Of a DNA stretch of 35,185 bases, positions 13,567 through 21,206 are shown one piece after another. Under the pieces are notes generated by a model, which saw only the letters and a list, made by a program, of their open reading frames with translations, was not told the origin of the DNA and made no database searches. This DNA is from Catajapyx aquilonaris. Its lineage: Eukaryota. The first letter of the stretch is position 1; each line of letters opens with the position of its first letter. The translations under genes were made by a program, and so were the position numbers. The stretch is from assembly GCA_000934665.2 (NCBI GenBank), contig JYFJ02000988.1:62001-97185 (forward strand), written 5' to 3'.

Positions 13567-14221
13567 CGAGCACAACCGAGTGCGCACCCTCACCGCGCAG
13601 CTCTACGACCTCGGAAACGCCGCAAATGTCGGCCATTTTGTTCCCCTCTCCCCAAGCGTAGCGTTGGAAATACATGCAGCGTTTATTTTACCGGTACATC
13701 CACCCAGTCCGTTAAACCAACCCCCCCGATGGTATCTCCACCTTATCGTGATGGTGGGGGTTTGCGTCTCTCCCGTGACCCCAAGAGCTATGCCGGCGGT
13801 AGCTTCGTCTACTGGTAGGGCCACCCAAGTCGGACAGGTCTTTGGGATAGGAGACAGACTAAGAGAGATACCAGTCTTTTCTCTCTTCTTTTTCCTCTTC
13901 GTTTCTCCCTCCATCTGTCCCACCTTTCTGTATTCTTACAGCCATAGTTGCTTTGGCTTCTTCTCAATAAACCCAACCCAACCAAACCGTTAAACCAAAT
14001 AACGATAGGCGTCACACCAGTCGTGTTTTATGAGCATGTGCAGTAGTATATGCTTGCGGATTCAGGGACATGATTGGAGGAAGGAGCCAGGTGGAGGAGG
14101 GGCTGAACGTGACGTCGTATAGTTCTTTGGTTTAACGGACTATAGAAAGCTTATGCACGTATCATTGATAATTCCAACCGTGCAATCTGCGCGAACTGTG
14201 GCGCGCATTCGGTTGCGCCCA
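13567..14221. mobile_element. Degenerate MITE (PIF/Harbinger-like) hosting the 266-bp retro-insertion
   Basis: Outer inverted repeat GAGCACAACCGAGTGCGCAC (13568-13587) vs 14201-14220, 16/20 identical with all mismatches transitions. Inner inverted repeat AGTCCGTTAAACCAAA (13706-13720 plus 13999 once the insert is removed) vs TTTGGTTTAACGGACT (14126-14141), 16/16. TAA flanks both sides (13564-13566, 14222-14224). Confidence 0.65.
13721..13986 (+). mobile_element. Non-autonomous bipartite retroelement: LINE-type structured 5' RNA motif, pyrimidine spacer and I/Nimb-like 3' tail
   Basis: Exact 12-bp TSD CCGTTAAACCAA (13709-13720, 13987-13998). The 5' part CCACCTTATCGTGATGGTGGGGGTTTGCGT..GAGCTATGCCG..GTAGGGCCACCCAAGTCGGACAGGTC matches the conserved 5'UTR motif I recall from RTE/BovB/Expander and I-group LINEs. 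The 3' part is a hairpin AGCCATAGTTGCTTTGGCT (13940-13958), AATAAA (13966-13971) and a (CCCAA)n tail. No tRNA head and no credible ORF. Confidence 0.85.
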
Positions 14222-15484
14222 TAAATAGTCGCAAAAGTAAATCAAATTGTAACAACATTGAGTGTTAGTTTCGTCTCACTGATAGTCACTGCTAACTTAT
14301 CAGTACTACCATTGCCAACACTAGCAGGGACTATTAGTGGGACGAAAATTCCACCTATTATTGTTTGCATGTTAAATTCATAAATTGAGCAGTGAACCAC
14401 CCTGTAGCCTTCTCTATCCGGGGGGGGCAGGCATTTATGGCGTGGGGAAGATGGATCCCGTGTTCCAGACTGTATCATCTCGGACTTTCCTGGATTATCC
14501 GGATGGGAACTGGGGAAGCATGAATGCGAGAGGAGGATGGCCTCCGGGAGATATTTCCTCTCCGGATTAATAGTAACGGGGCTGCCCCGGAAATACGCAC
14601 CGGGGCAAAAGGGAGGGGGAAAAAAAAGAGGCATCTCAGCTTCACATCCGGACCAAATAAGCCCCCCCCCCCATTTTATACGGGCACTGCTCCAAACTAG
14701 ATGGATATCATGAATAAGTACCTCCGATTATTTTAAAGGGGGGGAAAGTATAGAAAACCGTGTGCAATTAATTCTGAGAGCAATTTGGTGGAAAAAAGGG
14801 GCTTCTTTTTCTGTCTGCTTTAAAGGCTCTTGTGAGGTTATTTCGGTCAGTAATTGGGGGCTTAGCCGCACGTTCGCTTCCCTGGCACCGATTAAACTGT
14901 GGCGTCCACCTTATTCCCTTCCCCAGCAGCAGCAGCAGCAAAGGGTTCAAACTCCAGGAGATAGACCGCTTAAGGCCGCAACTATCCCATTTGAAACCCA
15001 CCTTATCTCCCATGGCAATATTCGCCACAACAAAACTTTCTCACGACACTGATGCTGCAGCTCTTGGAATTTTCCGCCTCATATACCTTTTTTGTTGTTG
15101 TCTCTGCGGTTCCACCACAGAGAAGGGGTCATGATTTTTGTGGGATCAGTGTCGACATATTTTTGTGCTAATAATTTTTGGTCCGAATTCTTGACAAAAC
15201 CGAGAGGAATTTGACCCACTTGTCAATTAAGAGATAACTGCAGGTCTGGCCGTAGTTATGTTACACTGGGTAATTTTATGAGAGGAAATTTTTGTGGCTC
15301 AGATGGAATTTAAATTCCACGTATTATTGATCGGGGCTTGTACTACGAGGAGCAATATTTAATTTGGTTTATAGAAGCCAGCAGAGGGTTTAAACTTTCA
15401 TGTATAATAACGTTATACTGTACTATCGCATGGGGGGAATACAGCTCCGCAAAAAGAGACTGCTTTTGACCGAAGGCAACTGAT

Positions 15485-15878
15485 TAACTTGAAAAACATT
15501 TTTGACTTAATATCATTGGTTTTCACCAAATGAATATTGCAATGATTACATATGCTTTTCGCATAACAGATTAGTCGCAATTCATGTAGAAATTACGTTT
15601 GCAGTATAGATTATTTATTAGAGGTTGCATACGTAATTTCTACATGAATTGCGACTGTTATGCGAAAAGGATTAATATGTAAAATATGATATCATTTGAA
15701 TTTGAATTATTTGGTGAAAACCAATGATATCAAGTTAAAAATGTTTTCCAAATTATGTTTGCAAAAATATTAAAGACTGCAAATGTAATATCTACACGAA
15801 TTATTGCGACTAATCGGTTATGCGAAAAGCATTCATAAAATACGTATATCATTTACATTCATAATTTTTTGGTGAAAA
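15485..15878. repeat. AT-rich inverted repeat (~120-bp arms) followed by a third, partial copy of the right arm
   Basis: Left arm 15485-15604 is the reverse complement of right arm 15627-15755 (e.g. AGTCGCAATTCATGTAGAAATTACGT vs ACGTAATTTCTACATGAATTGCGACT; ATATCATTGGTTTTCACCAAAT vs ATTTGGTGAAAACCAATGATAT). 15777-15878 repeats the right arm (TTGCGACTAATCGGTTATGCGAAAAGCAT..TTTGGTGAAAA). Confidence 0.9.
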
Positions 15879-18376
15879 GTCAAAAAAATATTATAGGCCT
15901 ATATATGGTTTGCAGGTTTGGTTGCAAGTAAGTGAAAATGCAACAACATCTAATATCCTCTAAGTATAGTCAGCACTAAAACGGCGCTTATTAGTAATAT
16001 TAAAAAGTTGGTAACGTACCATTAGGCGCCAGCCAAAAATTCTATTCAAAATAATGAAAGGCCCTAATTAATTTCCCCAGCCCATGAGCCTTGATCCAGT
16101 TAGCGGCAAGGTACTTTTTAAGCTCCCCGAAAAAAAAGGAGCGAGAAAAAGAGAGACGTGTACATTTAGCTCAAAGATTAAATCCTATTTGCACCGTGCA
16201 GATTTTCCTCGGGATCAAACCATGCCGTATGAATTTGGCTCGCTCTCTCCTGTGATCATTAGCTAAACTATAAGCTCTTTTCACCTTTTCGCAAACCTCC
16301 TCTCAAAGCACCTTTTTCATATACGAGTATATACTCTGCAGATTTATATTCTAAAAAAAAAAATCCCTACTGAACTATACCACACTATACTTATGCTAAA
16401 GGTAGGCTATTTTTGTTGGTTAATCAAAAGCACTTTTGCGGCCTGGTTTGACTTTGCAAAAAAATGTTAGGTGATCGATTTGCATTGTCATGGACAGCAG
16501 GCTTCAATCAAATTTGTTTCGAACTCATTGATGTTACTAGATTTATATTTTTTTCCCCCCCATTGGGATGTGTGGATTGAATCGATAATGCATGTGGGGA
16601 AAAATTGAGCTGAAACATTAATTATGCATAAGGTGGGACCTTGACGGATCAGGTGTGGCAGAAAAATATATTTACATTGCAAATCTGTGCTCAAACAACG
16701 AGTCCGGTATGCTCGACGTGGTTTGTGGTATGCGGGAAAAAATAATAATGGGACAAAAACACAGGGCTTTCCAATTTAGAGTCAGGAATGAGCACTGTAA
16801 GGCACGGTGTAATGATATAATGCTCAAAACAAAAAGCCATGTCACTCATGCTGATCCGTCAGTGACACCAAATCTCTCAGCAGCAAATTGCGCTGCCGCT
16901 ATGTAGGAATCCAGCACGCAAAAGCTAGGTGCAGCACAGAATTGTCATAAAATACAATCAGTCTCAAACTGACATCAGAGTAACAACAGAGGAGGAAACG
17001 ACAATAAATATATTCAGAATATTTGCATAAATCCTGATTGTTATCTGCACAAATCTTCCATAAACCAACCACAAATCTGCTGTAATCCCATTAGTTTACA
17101 CCTCTTCAAGGAATTTTACCACACCGAAACCACCTCAAAATGTGAATGAAAATATTTGCAGTACTTAATACTAGAAGTATAGGACATTGTAGAGTTCTTC
17201 TTTCGCAAAAAGCAAATGGAAAATAGGACGATTTGCAATCATTGTCGCATCACTGCATAGAAAACATGCAGAGAGATTTTTATGCCTCTCTATGGTCATA
17301 TAAATGCAATGGTTATGAAATCATACATTATTTTATGCTTTGGTGTAACATTCCTCGGTTTTAAAAACAGAAATATGCAAAAAATGGGTATATGACGTTA
17401 ACGATGACCGGCAATTAGCTGAAATGGCAGGAATGAAGTTACCCAGTGGCCCTTCATGTCTCATAACATCTTCCAGAAGATTAGGTCATAGCTTACAAGT
17501 GTCAGAGAAATGGGACTAGCTGTACCAGATAACCAGTTGTTCTTCATAAATTCATCATCTCGGGTAATGGAAATTTGGAAAAAAAAAGGATTAGAAAATG
17601 GTAAAAGCAGGGCATCTTTATTTGTTTTGCATTTTTTTCCAGGTCAATCCATTTATATGGGAACAGGGGCATTAGCAAGTTATATCTCCATGCAGTTTTC
17701 TCGGACAGGATGTGAGCAATAGTAAGTCATATTTTATTGCTTTACAATCCCTAATCCGACAGGATTGCAGCATATATACAAAATATCCAATTAAAATATT
17801 TTCATTCGTCAGTTTGTGTTACGTCAAACATTGCCTTGCCCAAATTCTGACACAAGCTGCAAAAAATTAATTTGTAGGTCATTTTACACATTTATACATT
17901 TAGGTATCAAAAGTACAAAAATGTTATAAGAAGCATCCATAAATTATATAACACTACGATCATGAATCACTGGGGGATTTCCGGATGAAAATTATTACAA
18001 TAAAACTATTACCATGGACCACTTGTGTAAAAAATACAACAATGCATAGGTCAACATGAATACTTTAAAAAGTATCTGGAGATCATTATGACGTGTTACA
18101 ATAATTGGGAGAGGCTAGGTTAGGACATCACCTGTAGACATTATTAAATTGATACAGCAGTAAATATGAGGGGTACATCAAAAATAAAGTCATATAACTT
18201 AACGTGAGCCCATCAGCACCGGGTGAAATCAGTCACCTCTTTACACCACCACCTTATCAAATATTGGGAATGATTTTGGCAGTGTCCTTTCTGCAATAAA
18301 AATGAGGGGAAAAAAAATCAGATTGTAATAGAAGAACAGTGGTAATTTTCGAAGAGCATTCTCCTCCCACCACTGG

Positions 18377-20422
18377 TCAGTTGTCTCTGTCGAAAGTGGT
18401 CAGCTCCATCAACGTCTGCATCTCAGGTCCCCACTTCTTCCCATTAACAACCATAACAGTGGGAAGCTCCACTCGGATTGATCTGAACTCATATACCTGT
18501 GAAAAAGAGGAACTGGTAAAGATCTTCACCAGAACGACATTAATTTGACAAATCCATCACAGGCAGTCTCGCTAACCTGGTCCTTGTAGGTGACTCTCAC
18601 TTCAGATAAAAATGGGTCTGGAATGGCAACACAGTCTCCAATAATGACTCCTTTTCCAGCAGCTAAATTGTAAACTGTGACAGCAACACATGTCTTCATT
18701 TCATCAATCATGCAGAAAGTGCTGTAGGAAAAGAAATACACAGCAATGAGCGAGGATTGGTAAAATTCAGATGTATAATTCCAACCGTAATTAAACCCAG
18801 TAAAGAAAACTGAGATGAAACAAAGCCACAAGCTTACAACGGCACAGTCCCTTCTGTTTGAACACTGCAGACGACACTCCCAAGAATAACTTTGCCAGTG
18901 TTGAGACCATTCTGCAGGTCATTCAGGCCAACGACGCTGCGCTCTCCTGCTTTGACTTTGGCTGCTAAGGGACCGAGACTCTTCTCCTTCTGATTCGACA
19001 TGGTCTCCACCATCTGTCTCAATTGCCGGGCCTTCACCTGACCACTTTGAGCTGATAGCTTGTTCACCTTGTCCAAGTACCTCACCAGGTCATCCCGCTG
19101 TTTACGTGGATCCTCCCAGTTTGGGTCAAGGGCCAAACTCTGCTCAAAGGATGCCAGGGCGCTCTGGTGTTCCTCAGCATAGCGCAATGCCTGCCAAGTT
19201 AATTAATTGTCATTCACAGTACAATACGTTACTTACAATATGTTACTTGTCAAGAATAACTCACCACTCCCTTGTTGTATGAGAGCTCTGAGGTGTTTCT
19301 AGAAATTGGATCCTTTTCCTGCATAAAAAGACACAAAATTTCATAAGATGTCAACCCAATTCAATGCCTGAAGCAAACTCACGGCCTGAGCATATGCAGA
19401 CAGGCAGAGCTTGAGTGTGTTTGGATGCTGCGAATAGGAAAAGTACAGGGAAAGATGCGCATTGCCCAGGACACCCCACGATGTTCCGTCCAAAGGATCG
19501 ACTTCCACTGCCTGCTTTGCCGTCGACACCCCGTCCAGCAGGTTCTTCTTCCGCTGCACCTGGTTCTCTGTTGGCAACTGACGAAGTACTATGGACAGGT
19601 TCCGATACGACTCCTTGGTTCCGCCCTGTGCAGATACGCTTTCATTACACTCCTCATAAACTTCTACATCACTTTAATCATACCTGATCGATCGCAGATT
19701 TGAAGCATCTCATCGCACCTTGCAGGTCCCCTTTCTGGTAGAAGCACTCACCAAGCTCATTCCAGGCCTCGATCATCCTCGGATCAAGCTTGACCGCTTT
19801 AGACAGCAGCGACTCCGCCTCTGGATTGTACACACACACAACATTCAGGCTACGGCCACGAAGGTAGTGGTACCGAGACCGCTCCTTTGACTGTACGGAA
19901 TCTGGAAAATTGCATCAAGTGCCGACAGTTACTCCTAAAATATTGTCACACATTTCCTGTCCAAATAATTAATGAAATGTACAGTGTTTGACGTAATGAC
20001 TGTTCAATAATGCCAGAAAATGCTTATAAAAGCCGTACTTTTGAGCCTGTCAAAATGCTCCATGGCCACGGCAAGCCTCTTCTTAATCTCATCCTCCTTC
20101 TGTCCCGCCTGGTCCAAACTATGGTCCTCGAAGTACCTTTCCTTCAGCCGGTACAGGGCGTCCACTTCACTCTAATTAATGTGCAATAATAATAATTAGA
20201 ATTGAAACAAAAAAAGGGAGCTTCAATGCGTGGGTGGGCAGTCCTGTCACTAGTCACCACACGCCTTAGTGCACATATAGACTCATTGTTTTATGTCGAT
20301 GCATTGTAGGCACATTAAGGATAAATTTAGAGTACATAATGAGCCGTAAAATGGCCAGAACTTGCCTGTAAAAATGAAATAACATCGACTTCCGAAGCCT
20401 GTCCATCTCTTTCGGCAGCCAT
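18377..20422 (-). CDS. TTC5: Tetratricopeptide repeat protein 5 (TTC5/STRAP), TPR plus C-terminal OB fold, 440 aa
   Basis: Exons (minus): 20422-20366, 20171-20039, 19901-19684, 19625-19383, 19318-19265, 19190-18838, 18721-18577, 18496-18377. Total 1323 nt with consistent phases. Translation shows TTC5 motifs: EVDALYRLKERYFEDHS, GRSLNV..EAESLLSKAVKLDP..EAWNELGE, RNLSIVLRQL, DGTSWGVLGNAHLSLYF..LSAYAQAEK, LDPNWEDP, VILGSVV..VPFTFCMID..AVTVYN..GVIIGDCVAIPDP, SIRVELPTVMVVNGK. Confidence 0.96.
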
Positions 20423-20879
20423 TTTTTTTTCAGAACGCAGGGTTACCAGCCTTATCGCATTTTAGTACAATGTAAATTATTTATTAATTAGAATTAAAGC
20501 ACCGGTATGCCACTGTAAATTAAGTAACACCCAAAGTAATATTTATAATATTAAATTAGTGCTCGGAATGTCTAATCGGTCCGCGACTTTTCACTATGAA
20601 AATACGGTGCATGTTAATACGGTAGGCGCGCGATTTAAAAAAATATTAAATTGAAACAAGTCAAGCGAAGCACAAGTTATTTACTTACACAGACTTACAC
20701 ATTGCGCAATTATTAATTACGCATACATGATGTAATAATTTATTGCTGCGTGTAATTCCTGCGTGTACTCCGTGTAGTTCCCACTAATGTAATAACATGG
20801 CAGTAATATTTTGCAAATAATTTCAACTGCTGAGCTGCAGTTGTCTTCGGCAACGCTTCCGTTCTTTTGCATCATAATT

Positions 20880-20918
20880 AACACGTCTCCTTATAATAAT
20901 TAAATAAGGAGACGTGTT
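20880..20918. repeat. Perfect 15-bp palindrome with 9-bp AT spacer
   Basis: AACACGTCTCCTTAT (20880-20894) - AATAATTAA - ATAAGGAGACGTGTT (20904-20918). Confidence 0.9.
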
Positions 20919-20993
20919 GAAAAGAAGAGACATGTGTCAATAATGAGAGAAAATTACGTCACACTTTTCCTGTGGCTACAATGCACACCTGGA

Positions 20994-21012
20994 CCAATCA
21001 GAACTCGCCAGC
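20994..21012 (+). promoter_or_regulatory. ER stress response element (ERSE)-like motif
   Basis: CCAAT-CAGAACTCG(N9)-CCAGC against consensus CCAAT-N9-CCACG, about 200 bp upstream of the ATG of an ER chaperone that is a known UPR target. Confidence 0.55.
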
Positions 21013-21053
21013 TTCACTTCATACGCCCAATGATCAACCATATGTACTTGGGC

Positions 21054-21131
21054 ACATAGGCCGATAGATGGCAGGGGCCTGTCCTATGCTTTTCTACTGT
21101 CCCGGTGGTGCTGCTATCTTGCGGCCTATGT
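21054..21131. repeat. Small inverted-repeat element (21-bp arms) immediately upstream of HYOU1
   Basis: ACATAGGCCGATAGATGGCAG (21054-21074) vs the reverse complement of 21111-21131 (ACATAGGCCGCAAGATAGCAG), 18/21 identical. Confidence 0.75.
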
Positions 21132-21206
21132 AACTAATTATGATCAGCTGTGGCGGTGTGTGTTATAAGAGTGTCTCTGGACTCCTCGGAGTTTGTTCGA
21201 AAAAAG

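Larger units (their letters stand above)
20423..21206. promoter_or_regulatory. Bidirectional promoter and 5'UTR region shared by TTC5 and HYOU1
   Basis: The start codons diverge (20422 minus, 21207 plus) with 784 bp between them. The region contains CCAAT boxes (20994, 21027) and a CRE-like TTACGTCA (20954-20961). Confidence 0.8.

Noticed and set aside
670..17722. Numerous 60-137 aa ORFs in the first 18 kb
   Set aside because: No recognisable domains, low-complexity poly-K/F stretches from homopolymers, and no consistent exon chain. Several simply overlie the SINE, MITE or retro-insertion.
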